From IMG/VR virus record IMGVR_UViG_3300005096_000005, positions 1 to 64,000 of that record: a stretch of DNA of 64,000 bases. One strand, 5' to 3'. Below are positions 1 to 9,351 of this stretch, in pieces; the stretch's first letter is position 1, and each line of letters begins with the position of its first letter. Both the position numbers and the translations under genes were made by a program. The notes under the pieces are model-generated. The model ran no database searches. It was given only the letters and a program-made list of their open reading frames with translations, and was not told the DNA's origin. The stretch comes from a virus.

Positions 1-24
1 TATGTTCGAAATGAAGAAGGATAC

Positions 25-348
25 ATGGAAAACGTAGATACAGTATTCTTCCAGAATGACTGTGGTCCTCACTACGTCTGGACTTCCCTCGTTAACCATG
101 ACAACTTCTCTCCAGACTGTGAGATTATCGAGGAGGGGAAAGAGGGCGATGTACGATATGATGGAACGAACCTTGCAGAGTATATCGAAAGTGGAGCTGT
201 GTGTGAGAACTGCGGAGGTCCTCTCCTTACAGGATTAGACAATGAGACTTTGCAACCATGCGAAAACGAGTACTGTGACGGAGGAGAAGATCCTCTGGAC
301 AAGGAGCGACAGGAAGCTGAGGAAGACTATTATGAAGAGATAGAATGA
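25..348 (+). CDS. Acidic hypothetical protein with Cys pairs (possible Zn ribbon)
   Basis: ORF track; AAGG SD upstream; CENC and CENEYC motifs. Confidence 0.55.
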   Translation: MENVDTVFFQNDCGPHYVWTSLVNHDNFSPDCEIIEEGKEGDVRYDGTNLAEYIESGAVCENCGGPLLTGLDNETLQPCENEYCDGGEDPLDKERQEAEEDYYEEIE

Positions 349-646
349 AGAACCAAGACTCTATGTACTGGTCAGGAAGGATCTGCGTGGGTCTCAGCAG
401 GCTGTACAGGCAGGCCATGCAGTTGCTGAGTTCATGCTTGACAATCCTGGCTCGGAATGGAAGAATAACTACCTGATCTATCTGAACGTGAAAGATGAGA
501 TAGAATTGGGCGAGTGGATAGATAAACTCACCAGCCTTGGTGTCAGGTACAGCGTGTTTCGAGAACCTGACCTGGGACACCAGAAGACAGCAATTGCTGC
601 TGTTAACAGTAATGGATTATTCAAAGACTTAAAGTTGTTACGATGA
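332..646 (+). CDS. Peptidyl-tRNA hydrolase type 2 (Pth2)-like protein; probable start ATG 332 with in-frame TAG at 341-343
   Basis: Frame of ORF 434..646 extends upstream as NEEPRLYVLVRKDLRGSQQAVQAGHAVAEF...VFREPDLGHQKTAIA (Pth2 motifs YVLVRxDL, QxxHA, TA); GAGG SD precedes ATG 332. Confidence 0.75.
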
Positions 647-783
647 CCTCTACTTGCCAGTTCAAAGAGAAGTGCGCACAGGAGTAAGCTCCACAGGTAA
701 CTGGCAACCAGGCGGGCATCACGTGAAGCAGAACCTTCCTACTAATCGTTCTCGCTCCTTTATGGCCGTGGTGTTCGCCAACT

Positions 784-858
784 GACCTGTTAGCTCAGTG
801 GGAAGAGCCGGGCGCTCTAAACGCCTGTGTGTCGGGAGTTCGAATCTCTCACAGGTCA
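784..858 (+). tRNA. Amber suppressor tRNA (anticodon CTA)
   Basis: Cloverleaf GACCTGT/ACAGGTC; D stem GCTC/GAGC; anticodon arm GGGCG-CT CTA AA-CGCCT; T loop TTCGAAT. Confidence 0.85.
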
Positions 859-919
859 CTACCAGAAGGTAATATCCTAAACAAGTGGCCCTAATAGGAG
901 AAAAACACACTTTTTTCCT

Positions 920-1252
920 ATGGTGGCTAAAGAAGATGAAGGGAGTATGGCATCTGTGAAGAACACTGAGAATGAATCTACAGGAGACGAGGAGTATCTG
1001 GATGGCTCTATTAAGGAGCTCAACCTGTATAACCTGAGTAAGGGACATGAAAAGGAGAGACCTCTGTTCTTCGGACATCGCATCGCTAATGCGGATAACT
1101 CTGAAGGAGTTAAGTGCGCTCTATCGGTAGGTATTGGGGCATTCTCGAACTTCCTAAACGTCAGTATTCAAATGCCAGATGGCGAAGATGTCGATCGTAT
1201 GATCAGTATCAGCGAGCTTTTCGCAGCTGTTGCGGAGGTGGTGAACATATGA
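920..1252 (+). CDS. Hypothetical protein
   Basis: ORF track; stop overlaps next start (ATGA). Confidence 0.5.
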   Translation: MVAKEDEGSMASVKNTENESTGDEEYLDGSIKELNLYNLSKGHEKERPLFFGHRIANADNSEGVKCALSVGIGAFSNFLNVSIQMPDGEDVDRMISISELFAAVAEVVNI

Positions 1253-1695
1253 TAAAGTATGGACATGATTTTGACATGCGGGTGCTTAAGTACATTCACG
1301 ATCACCCGGAAGTAAAGACAAACGAGATAGTGGCTGCAGCCAATCGTTCCGGACTCGACGTCAACTACGGTAACATATATCGGTCATTGATGCGTCTCAA
1401 GAAAGAAAAGTATGCTATCATCAGGTATCAGATGGTAGACGATGGACGTGTCTCTACCAAGCGGCGGAAAGAGATACACTGTACAATCTCTGAACAGGGT
1501 AAAGAAGCTCTTGAGAGGTACAGGAATCGCGCACAACAGCTGGAGCTTCCACTTCAAATGTCCATAGCCCCCGAGAGTCAGGAACAGGGACAGGTTCATG
1601 TAACACGACGTTTCGGAGACATTCAGATCACTATCAGCGGAGACCTCCCCATCACTCACAGACTCTATGTGACACTGGAGCCGATAGCCCAATGA
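1249..1695 (+). CDS. Winged-helix DNA-binding protein (PadR/MarR-like N-terminus)
   Basis: VLKYI...TNEIV...YGNIYRSLMRLKKEKY...ISEQGKEAL wHTH pattern; GGAGG SD before ATG 1249. Confidence 0.6.
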   Translation: MIKYGHDFDMRVLKYIHDHPEVKTNEIVAAANRSGLDVNYGNIYRSLMRLKKEKYAIIRYQMVDDGRVSTKRRKEIHCTISEQGKEALERYRNRAQQLELPLQMSIAPESQEQGQVHVTRRFGDIQITISGDLPITHRLYVTLEPIAQ

Positions 1696-1958
1696 TACCG
1701 CCACATATACTTGAAACTCTTACGAATGCCAATCCGGAAGCTCAGCTTGTCGATGGATACGAGGAAGCGTTCATCGGCATTGCCTATCGTGTTGGTGAAA
1801 CGCCAATTGCTGCATACGATTATGGGAAGTGCATTCGGATACTGGCAGACAGAGAAGGCATGACTCCAGGTGAAGCAAAAGAGTTCTTTGAGTTCAATGT
1901 GACAGGCTCCTGGGTAGGTGAGGGAACTCCAGTTTTTGTAGAAGTGGAGGAAGAGTAG
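1692..1958 (+). CDS. Phage hypothetical protein
   Basis: DGYEEAFIGI...YDYGKCI...EFFEFNVTGSWVGEGTP resembles a family of small phage proteins (recollection). Confidence 0.6.
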   Translation: MIPPHILETLTNANPEAQLVDGYEEAFIGIAYRVGETPIAAYDYGKCIRILADREGMTPGEAKEFFEFNVTGSWVGEGTPVFVEVEEE

Positions 1959-1959
1959 G

Positions 1960-2232
1960 ATGGACAATGATCGACCGGTTAGAACAATTCAGGTAGAAAC
2001 CAGCAAACCAATTCTGTATTGTGAGCGCTGTGGGTCGGAGTATAGTGCCAACAAGGGTGACTACTTTGATGCCCCACCCGGACAGAAGCTTGTGTGTTGC
2101 GGAAAGCAACTTGTTCTGGCACGTCGCATCGTTTCGATAGATGTTCTGAAAGAAGGCCCGGTCCGGGTCAGAGAATTACCACAACTAATAGGGAGACCAA
2201 TAAATGACAGAAGAACTGAAAAGACCGATTAA
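1960..2232 (+). CDS. Zn-ribbon hypothetical protein
   Basis: CERC...CCG; AGGA SD. Confidence 0.5.
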   Translation: MDNDRPVRTIQVETSKPILYCERCGSEYSANKGDYFDAPPGQKLVCCGKQLVLARRIVSIDVLKEGPVRVRELPQLIGRPINDRRTEKTD

Positions 2233-2644
2233 AGAGAAGCTTATCGAGGTACTGAACGCAGATCTCGATGCACAGGAAGCCCAGATTGCGCTTTCCAGGA
2301 AGCGAGACGAGCTCCAGCAGCTTATGGAAGAGCAGAAAGTTGGTGTCATCGATGTTACTATGTTTAAACCGGATGGGATGCCGGATGTTACAGTCAGTGC
2401 CAGGCTCGATCCCGTCGTCAAGAGTGAAGTGGATGTTAACACTGTCGAGGAAACACTAACGGCTGAACAGAAGGCGCCCTTCACCAAGTTTAACATAACG
2501 ATAAGTAAGCTTGAGGGCGGACTCAAGAAAGGCACTTTCGGAAACGATGAGGAAGTCCTCAGAATCCTGCACGGATGCATAAAACGTATTCCCACCGGCA
2601 AGTCCAAGCTCGTTGTAAAAGGCATTCCAAAGGTAATGTCATGA
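2204..2644 (+). CDS. Hypothetical protein
   Basis: ORF track; GGGAG SD; coupled to next gene. Confidence 0.55.
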   Translation: MTEELKRPIKEKLIEVLNADLDAQEAQIALSRKRDELQQLMEEQKVGVIDVTMFKPDGMPDVTVSARLDPVVKSEVDVNTVEETLTAEQKAPFTKFNITISKLEGGLKKGTFGNDEEVLRILHGCIKRIPTGKSKLVVKGIPKVMS

Positions 2645-3126
2645 AACACGCTGAGTTCAGAGAGTTTGTACGGAAGATGATGTCGGAAGAGTTCAATATC
2701 CTTTGTACCAAAGGTGAGGACTACACACGTGGAGAGGACAATGCTCAGGCAAACTTCACCGGTATCGGCGAAGATATGGTTCCACTCCTGAAGAATGTTC
2801 TTTCACGGACGGTACTTTCTATCACCTTCGAAAAAGAAGACGGACAGAGAACAGTTGTCGACCTCGATGAATGTCACAAACTAGAAGTCACATACGACGA
2901 CTATGAGCTGACCAAACTCGCAACACTTTTTGCCTGGTTCGTCTACTTTAAGAAGCATCTTGATGCTATAATCAAGTACATCGTAACAGGTACCGTCGAG
3001 TCGGAAGGGTTAAGAGGAAGACTCCACGATATTGCAAACTACTCAAAGCTTCTCGGCGGTCTAATGATCGACTATGGAGACATACATGTCGAAGTCGAAG
3101 AAGAAAGCGCATCCACTGAGGGATGA
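2641..3126 (+). CDS. MazG-like / nucleotide-modification-associated all-alpha protein
   Basis: KGEDY...ANF...KHLDAI...SEGLRGRLHDIANY motif pattern. Confidence 0.55.
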   Translation: MKHAEFREFVRKMMSEEFNILCTKGEDYTRGEDNAQANFTGIGEDMVPLLKNVLSRTVLSITFEKEDGQRTVVDLDECHKLEVTYDDYELTKLATLFAWFVYFKKHLDAIIKYIVTGTVESEGLRGRLHDIANYSKLLGGLMIDYGDIHVEVEEESASTEG

Positions 3127-4033
3127 GATTCCAATTATGGCTGTACTCCATATGTACGGGGCGGATGAAAACCTTAAGCGGGTAGGGCCAAATGAATTCC
3201 GGTCAGTATGTCCTGTACATGCCAAGGCAGACAACGATACAGCTTTCGCAGTAAACGTCCAGACAAATCGAGCAACATGTTATACACATTGCGGTATGCT
3301 CACTACAATAGACCTGGTCATGCACTTTGACCAGCTGACAATGGCACAGGCATGCAAGAAGCTCCACCTGATGAAGCCCCAGCTATGCCGAATGGATGTA
3401 CCTCAGCCACAGGGTCCATCTCCCGATGTTGAAAAGCCGGAAGAGATTATTCCTCTCAGGTTTCTGCCACGTACAGTGCCCGCAACAGACTACCTTATGT
3501 CTCGTGGCATTACTGCAGAGACAGGATTGTTTTTCGGCTTCGGGATAGCTGTTAGAGGAAAGAGAAAAGGGTCACTTATTGTTCCAATTCATTGGGATGA
3601 TGGAACTCTGGTAGGCTATGCTCACAGGAAGCTTGCTGATGGCGAGCGATACAGAATGAGCTTTGGCACTCCCAGAAAGACTCTTATCTACAACATCTGG
3701 CGGCAGCCAAGAGGAATTCCTCTCATTATTACTGAAGGCTATATGGATGTGGCAAAGCTATATCAAGCCGGATATCCTAACGCTGTCGCAACATGTGGCA
3801 CGGCTATAACTCGAATGCAGGCTCAAAAGATTGACGAATGGGCTTCTTTCGCCTATCTTATGTATGACGCCGACAGCGCAGGAACCGACGGCGTAGTAGC
3901 TTTGAGCAAGTTACTGAAAGTTCGTCACCGGATTGTAACCCTCGCCATAGGAGATCCTGGAGCTCGCTCAGAAGAAGCCTTAAGGAAGATACTTCAGACT
4001 GTAGGTCTTAAACCATATGACACAGCAAATTGA
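3074..4033 (+). CDS. dnaG: DNA primase (CHC2 Zn finger + TOPRIM)
   Basis: CPVH...CYTHC; TEGYMDV; YDADSAG; DP motif. Confidence 0.9.
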   Translation: METYMSKSKKKAHPLRDEIPIMAVLHMYGADENLKRVGPNEFRSVCPVHAKADNDTAFAVNVQTNRATCYTHCGMLTTIDLVMHFDQLTMAQACKKLHLMKPQLCRMDVPQPQGPSPDVEKPEEIIPLRFLPRTVPATDYLMSRGITAETGLFFGFGIAVRGKRKGSLIVPIHWDDGTLVGYAHRKLADGERYRMSFGTPRKTLIYNIWRQPRGIPLIITEGYMDVAKLYQAGYPNAVATCGTAITRMQAQKIDEWASFAYLMYDADSAGTDGVVALSKLLKVRHRIVTLAIGDPGARSEEALRKILQTVGLKPYDTAN

Positions 4034-4265
4034 ACAACTGATTAGCAGAGTGCCCGTATCCAAACGGGAAGAGATAAGGATCAGGGGTATAGTGATCAAG
4101 GGCCTCTATCAGATCGATATAAGGAGGTTCTACTGGAAAGGACAGGAGGGTAAGTTCCTTGCGTCACGAAAAGGAATATCGATACCTGTTAGCCAGGTAG
4201 CATCGGTTATTCTGTCACTTCAACAGGCCCTGAACCCAGAGAAAGGACAAGAAAATGGCACGTGA
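4017..4265 (+). CDS. PC4/YdbC-like ssDNA-binding protein
   Basis: IDIRRFY...SRKGISIP signature. Confidence 0.75.
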   Translation: MTQQIEQLISRVPVSKREEIRIRGIVIKGLYQIDIRRFYWKGQEGKFLASRKGISIPVSQVASVILSLQQALNPEKGQENGT

Positions 4266-4506
4266 AAAAGGTATCAAAGAAGGAGCGGTCGAGGTTGCTG
4301 AAAGGATCCAGGAGGAAGGGATTATCCCCGGAGATTCCATACTGAAGAATGCAGACCTGGTCTGCGCTGCCGGTCATTGTTCGGAACCCGTCGAGAACGG
4401 CAACTCAATTACGTTCAAGTGTCTCGTAAGCCACACTATCACGTTCAACCGTGAAGTAGAGGTTACAATTGACGGACAGGACAATGTCTCCTACGAGAAT
4501 ATATGA
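4255..4506 (+). CDS. Hypothetical protein
   Basis: ORF track; AAGGA SD. Confidence 0.5.
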   Translation: MAREKGIKEGAVEVAERIQEEGIIPGDSILKNADLVCAAGHCSEPVENGNSITFKCLVSHTITFNREVEVTIDGQDNVSYENI

Positions 4507-6008
4507 TTCCAGCCGAGATGGTACATGCAGGTTTGCTGTATGTTCCTGAAAGGTATGTTCTCAAAGAAGCAATTGAACGGTACACAATGAGGAACCCGGC
4601 GTTTGCTCAGGCGGTCGCCAACTCTGGAAACAAGAATCCTGACATACCAAAAACCATTCAGGCTTACAAAGAACTGAAGGGGTATATAGGATTCCCTCCA
4701 TACTCAGAACCAAAGCTTCTGGCATCGGAAGAACTGCCAATCAGAGACCTCAGATCCCACGGAGAGGACTTTGAGTTTACCTTTCGGGAAGACAAAGCGG
4801 AGCTACGTCCTGACCTGGTCTCAGAACAGAGGCTGGCTGTCAAGAAGCTTCTGAACCGTGGTCATGGTATGCTCGTGGCCAAGCCCGGCCAGGGGAAGAC
4901 AAATACTTTTATCTGGCTGATGTCCAAGATCAAAAAGAGCACGATCATCTTCGTGCATACGTCTCAACTCCAGAAGCAATGGTTTCGAAGATTCACGGAG
5001 CCTGACCCAAAGATTGGGAATGTAGCATGGACAAACGTGACAAAAGAAGATATTGCTCTGCTTGGCGACGGAAAGAAGAAGTATAGCGGACAGCCTATTA
5101 TCATAGCGACTTTGCAGATGACAGGACGGTCCATCATCCATAACAAAGAAGTTATGCACAAAGTCGGCATGGCTATTGTCGATGAGTGTCATCATCTCAG
5201 CGCGGATACGTTTCATCCATGTATGGCAGCCTGCCGTGCCTTTCATAAGTTCGGAGCAACTGCCACTCCTTATAGGACTGATAAATTAGATAAGATATTC
5301 TATGACCATCTCGGTGGCATAGCTGCAGTCATGAGGAATGTATCTCTCACCCCAACTGTGAACATCTGGCCGTTCTATACTGGCGTAGATCTGGATGATT
5401 GTACAACAAAGACAGGGAAACCATTCCTTCCTGGAATGATCAATGTCTTGTGTGCCAGTGACACATACAATGACTTTATCCTTGGGTTAGCCCTTATGCG
5501 GCTGATGGAGGGCCACAAGGTAGTAATGATAAGTCATAGAGCTGACCATTGCGTAAAGATTGCAGCCAGAGTACGACAGGAAGGATATAAAGCCAACTTC
5601 ATTGTTGCATCGTACACTGGACCTGACGATAAGCCCAAGACGCTAAGTGTTAAGAAACGTGAGGCCAGGTATGACAATCAGTTTATAGCTGCAACCCCCG
5701 GATGTATGATAGAGGGAATAGATATTCCTGATATAAGTTGCGTACAATTCGTTACTCCGTTCGGTGCCAAGAACATGGTTGAACAGGGCTGTGGCCGTGC
5801 TCAACGTCACTTCCCCGGGAAGTTGGATCCGGTAATTGACGACGTTCTGCAGGAAGACCACAGGATGCTGGTAAACCTCGGGAACAAACGCCGCCGGCAC
5901 TACGGATCATTCCACTGGCCTGTTTATTATAGAGAAGGCTCTGGATATACGGTAGATCCTGTAGCCAGAGCAATGTCTCAGCACATCACAGCAGAAGAAG
6001 AATTCTAA
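4503..6008 (+). CDS. Superfamily 2 helicase (UvsW/ResIII-like)
   Basis: PGQGKT Walker A, DECHH, ATAT, EGIDIP, QGCGRAQR. Confidence 0.9.
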   Translation: MIPAEMVHAGLLYVPERYVLKEAIERYTMRNPAFAQAVANSGNKNPDIPKTIQAYKELKGYIGFPPYSEPKLLASEELPIRDLRSHGEDFEFTFREDKAELRPDLVSEQRLAVKKLLNRGHGMLVAKPGQGKTNTFIWLMSKIKKSTIIFVHTSQLQKQWFRRFTEPDPKIGNVAWTNVTKEDIALLGDGKKKYSGQPIIIATLQMTGRSIIHNKEVMHKVGMAIVDECHHLSADTFHPCMAACRAFHKFGATATPYRTDKLDKIFYDHLGGIAAVMRNVSLTPTVNIWPFYTGVDLDDCTTKTGKPFLPGMINVLCASDTYNDFILGLALMRLMEGHKVVMISHRADHCVKIAARVRQEGYKANFIVASYTGPDDKPKTLSVKKREARYDNQFIAATPGCMIEGIDIPDISCVQFVTPFGAKNMVEQGCGRAQRHFPGKLDPVIDDVLQEDHRMLVNLGNKRRRHYGSFHWPVYYREGSGYTVDPVARAMSQHITAEEEF

Positions 6009-6022
6009 TCCGGAGAGATACA

Positions 6023-6403
6023 ATGACAGAGAAGACTCGCGAGGCAACCGCTCGCTATATTAGGCATGTCCCGGCTAAAGCGTGGAAACAGTTATACCCC
6101 GATGATCCAACCCGCTCCGAGGGAACACAGACTGACCATACGCAGGTCGTCCTGGTCGAGGAATTCACCTGCCCATTTTGTAATTCCAGTATGTTGAAGG
6201 CTGTAACTATAGCCAAAGTCAGGCTCATTGATTCTCCTTTTGACCCTAACGAAGACTACAGTAAAGAGAAGATTGAGAAAGAGCAGAGACTGAGTCGATA
6301 TCTGGGTGTCAGATGTCTCAGTTGCAATAATATACTGGAGAATGCAAGGGATATACGAACGTTTCGTAAGGTTAAGGAACACAAACGGTTAGGCGCATTA
6401 TAA
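6023..6403 (+). CDS. Zn-ribbon hypothetical protein
   Basis: CPFC...CLSC; GGAG SD. Confidence 0.55.
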   Translation: MTEKTREATARYIRHVPAKAWKQLYPDDPTRSEGTQTDHTQVVLVEEFTCPFCNSSMLKAVTIAKVRLIDSPFDPNEDYSKEKIEKEQRLSRYLGVRCLSCNNILENARDIRTFRKVKEHKRLGAL

Positions 6404-6416
6404 CAAGGAGGCAGTA

Positions 6417-7862
6417 ATGGCATCAATTCTGGAAAAGATGGGCATGTATGGGCTCCAGTCTCAGGAAGACTTCCTGCTGGCCGGCATGTTGACAGGAGAC
6501 CCTGTGCTTCTGATAGGTACACATGGATCGGGGAAAACATACTTCTGCGAACTGGTAGCAAAAGTTCTCGGGGTTGACTACCAGTGTTATGACGCATCAA
6601 AAGCAATGTTCGAAGACACTCTGGGGTTCCCGAATCCCAAGAGTCTTGTTCAGGGCTCGGTAGACTATATTCCCACACCAATGAGCATCCTGCCAAAAGA
6701 GTTCGTCTTGATTGACGAGATCAGTAGAGCTCACGTGCAGATGCAGAACAAGTGGCTGGAGATTATCAGGTCCCGCCAGATCATGGGAGTAAAGTGCCGC
6801 CGCCTGCGCTGGGTATGGGCAGCCATGAATCCTCTCAGTTATGAAGGCGCTGTACCCCTTGACGAAGCTCTCGCCGGCAGGTTCAGTCTCATTATCATCA
6901 TGCCCGAAGCAAAAGATATGGAAGACGCGGATGCCCTGAGTGTTGTCATGAGCGAGAATGGTGACGATGCTCTGGCGATATCATCATGGGGCGGAATGAA
7001 GAACGAACGTCCATCACTTCCAACGAAAGACCTTAAAGAGCTGCTCGCACACGCGGGGAGCTGCTACAATAGCATAGTAAAAGAGAAGTCTGCAGCGATC
7101 AGCACATATACTGTCCGCCTGATGCGAGCGCTCAGCGAGAAGGGTGTAACCAACCTTGATGGAAGACGTCTCGGCATGATTCGCAGGAACATCATGAGTG
7201 TACTTGCTATACGCAGGGCCAAGAACTCTATAGAAAACGTCGAGAAGACAGTAAAGGAGACTATCCTGAAGAGTCTTCCTAACATAGCCACAGGCCATGA
7301 GATAAGCGCTACAGATGTCCTTACAGCTCACAATCTGGTGAAGGCATCCCTGAACGCAAAGCAGGATGTCAACTATACCATAATGATCGAGCGTGACATG
7401 TCCAGAAAGATATTCCTGGCTATGAACAATGCAAAGCATGTGAATCCGAATACGATGAAAGATATCGTTCAGGCTCTGGTAAGTGAGGACGAATACCTGC
7501 CAGTTGCTATAGCGCTGGCTCCAATTCTGCTTAAGTTCCCACACCACTTCGATATTGAGACGGTTACTCAGGTATCTCGTTGCGTTGCGGAGTTGAGCGG
7601 TCCTGAACAGTTCAACTTCATTCTGGACAAAGGATCCGTTCTTGCGCTCGAAGACTTCATGGCCATTGAAGCTGAATTCAAGAAGACTACTGTCGGAATT
7701 ATGGCGCTGAGACTTGCAGCTCACCTATCTTCAATGTCCGATAATCAGGATCTGATCTCATTCAATAACATTGCGCACGATTGCAAAGAGAAGATAGAAC
7801 ATGCGATATCAAGGTTCAGACCGCTATATGAGGCAATGAAGGCCGGGACATACACAGCATGA
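6417..7862 (+). CDS. MoxR-family AAA+ ATPase
   Basis: GTHGSGKT, LIDEISRA, AAMNP, LDEALAGRF. Confidence 0.9.
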   Translation: MASILEKMGMYGLQSQEDFLLAGMLTGDPVLLIGTHGSGKTYFCELVAKVLGVDYQCYDASKAMFEDTLGFPNPKSLVQGSVDYIPTPMSILPKEFVLIDEISRAHVQMQNKWLEIIRSRQIMGVKCRRLRWVWAAMNPLSYEGAVPLDEALAGRFSLIIIMPEAKDMEDADALSVVMSENGDDALAISSWGGMKNERPSLPTKDLKELLAHAGSCYNSIVKEKSAAISTYTVRLMRALSEKGVTNLDGRRLGMIRRNIMSVLAIRRAKNSIENVEKTVKETILKSLPNIATGHEISATDVLTAHNLVKASLNAKQDVNYTIMIERDMSRKIFLAMNNAKHVNPNTMKDIVQALVSEDEYLPVAIALAPILLKFPHHFDIETVTQVSRCVAELSGPEQFNFILDKGSVLALEDFMAIEAEFKKTTVGIMALRLAAHLSSMSDNQDLISFNNIAHDCKEKIEHAISRFRPLYEAMKAGTYTA

Positions 7863-9331
7863 GTAAACGACGCTCGATTACAGAGATATGTCAGGACGGA
7901 GACATAGAAGCACTGAAACTGGTGGTTATCCATCAGCTTCAGGGAGACTTCTTCCATCTGTCTCACTTTCTTGGTGTACACTCGTTCAGATTCAGCAATG
8001 ATATCGCAACAGCCTGTATCACCAAGGATAGAGACTGCTTGCTGAACCCTGAATTCATTATTAACAACGCGAATACACCTCAGAAGCTGACTATGGTAGT
8101 GTGTCACGAAGTTTATCACAAAGTCCTTAAACATATTGAGATCCCCTCCAACTATGTAGAGGATATTGCAATGGATGCTGTCATAAACGCTATGCTGTGT
8201 CAGGTTTTTCATGGTGGACGTTACTGGGCGTTCTTCAAGGACTATTACAGTCCCGATATCTTTCCAAACTTTATCCTCCGTCCGCATAGCAAGATGTCGA
8301 CAATGTCTTTTATGGACAAAAGGTATTACAGAGTTCTTTACTATAAGAAGGATGTAAACCATATTGATGAGGTGCATCATGACCCAAATGTTACAACGAA
8401 AAGAAACTGGGGCCTAACCTATGAGGACGTAGTAGATTGGCTATCCAGAATCAGTGAAGACCAGCTCGATGAAGCCCTCAAAAAGCTCGATGAACTGGAC
8501 GAGAGTAGTGGGGTCCCTCTGCCGGGTGGCAGCATTCTTATTGGAGACCATAAAGCTGGTAAGATCACAAGAACAGAAGAAGATGACATAGACGAGTTGT
8601 CTGATATCATTAAAGAGGCAGGCGAAAAAGTCAGGACTAAGTTCGCAGGCTCTGGTGAAACGCTCTTCGATGAGATGCTGGACCTCCTTGAGGCAAAGAA
8701 AAACTCGAAGTTGGCCGAAGCATTCGACAAAGCTCTGACGCAAAGTGTAACCAGTAAGGTAACAAGCACTATCCGGTCTGCCTTTCCTGATCTGCCTGAA
8801 CGGAGTGTGGTTCCGCTTGGCATAGGCCGCAAGGAAGTAGTAATGCTCGCGGCAGGATTCCTCCCGGTGTTCTGGAAGACTGTTGTCCCGGACATCAATA
8901 GTGGGGCAGTACATGTATATATAGACGTGTCGGGTTCCATGGGAGAATGGGTTAAGTGGTGCTATGAACTATGTCTCAGCCTTGCAGACTGGTTGCATGA
9001 ACCTGTCCACTTGTTCAGTAACAAGGTAGTGGACATATCGATACAACAGCTCAGGAGAGGAAAGGTGAGTACTACGTACGGCACTGACTTCGACTGTATT
9101 TGCGAGCATATGGTCGCAAACGACGTAAAGAAGACAGTCATCATAACTGACGGATATGCATCCATGTCCGCAGAGAACCAGAACATTCTAAAACAACAGG
9201 ACAGACACCTCTTCACAGCGTTCATTCCCAATCGCTGGGGTAGAAAGGTGGGAACAGATAATGCTCATGGGATTCTGAAAGAGATATCCTATAAGTACTG
9301 GGAGCTTACTGAAGAGGACAAGATTGTTTAA
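7859..9331 (+). CDS. Metallopeptidase-like (HExxH) + vWA domain protein (DUF2201-like), MoxR partner
   Basis: HEVYH; DVSGSM MIDAS, GTDF, ITDGY. Confidence 0.8.
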   Translation: MSKRRSITEICQDGDIEALKLVVIHQLQGDFFHLSHFLGVHSFRFSNDIATACITKDRDCLLNPEFIINNANTPQKLTMVVCHEVYHKVLKHIEIPSNYVEDIAMDAVINAMLCQVFHGGRYWAFFKDYYSPDIFPNFILRPHSKMSTMSFMDKRYYRVLYYKKDVNHIDEVHHDPNVTTKRNWGLTYEDVVDWLSRISEDQLDEALKKLDELDESSGVPLPGGSILIGDHKAGKITRTEEDDIDELSDIIKEAGEKVRTKFAGSGETLFDEMLDLLEAKKNSKLAEAFDKALTQSVTSKVTSTIRSAFPDLPERSVVPLGIGRKEVVMLAAGFLPVFWKTVVPDINSGAVHVYIDVSGSMGEWVKWCYELCLSLADWLHEPVHLFSNKVVDISIQQLRRGKVSTTYGTDFDCICEHMVANDVKKTVIITDGYASMSAENQNILKQQDRHLFTAFIPNRWGRKVGTDNAHGILKEISYKYWELTEEDKIV

Positions 9332-9351
9332 CATCCAGACGGAGGCGTAGT

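Noticed and set aside
784-858. tRNA-Pyl
   Set aside because: Has a normal D loop, TTCGA T loop, two nucleotides between acceptor and D stems and a long variable loop; no pyl genes seen
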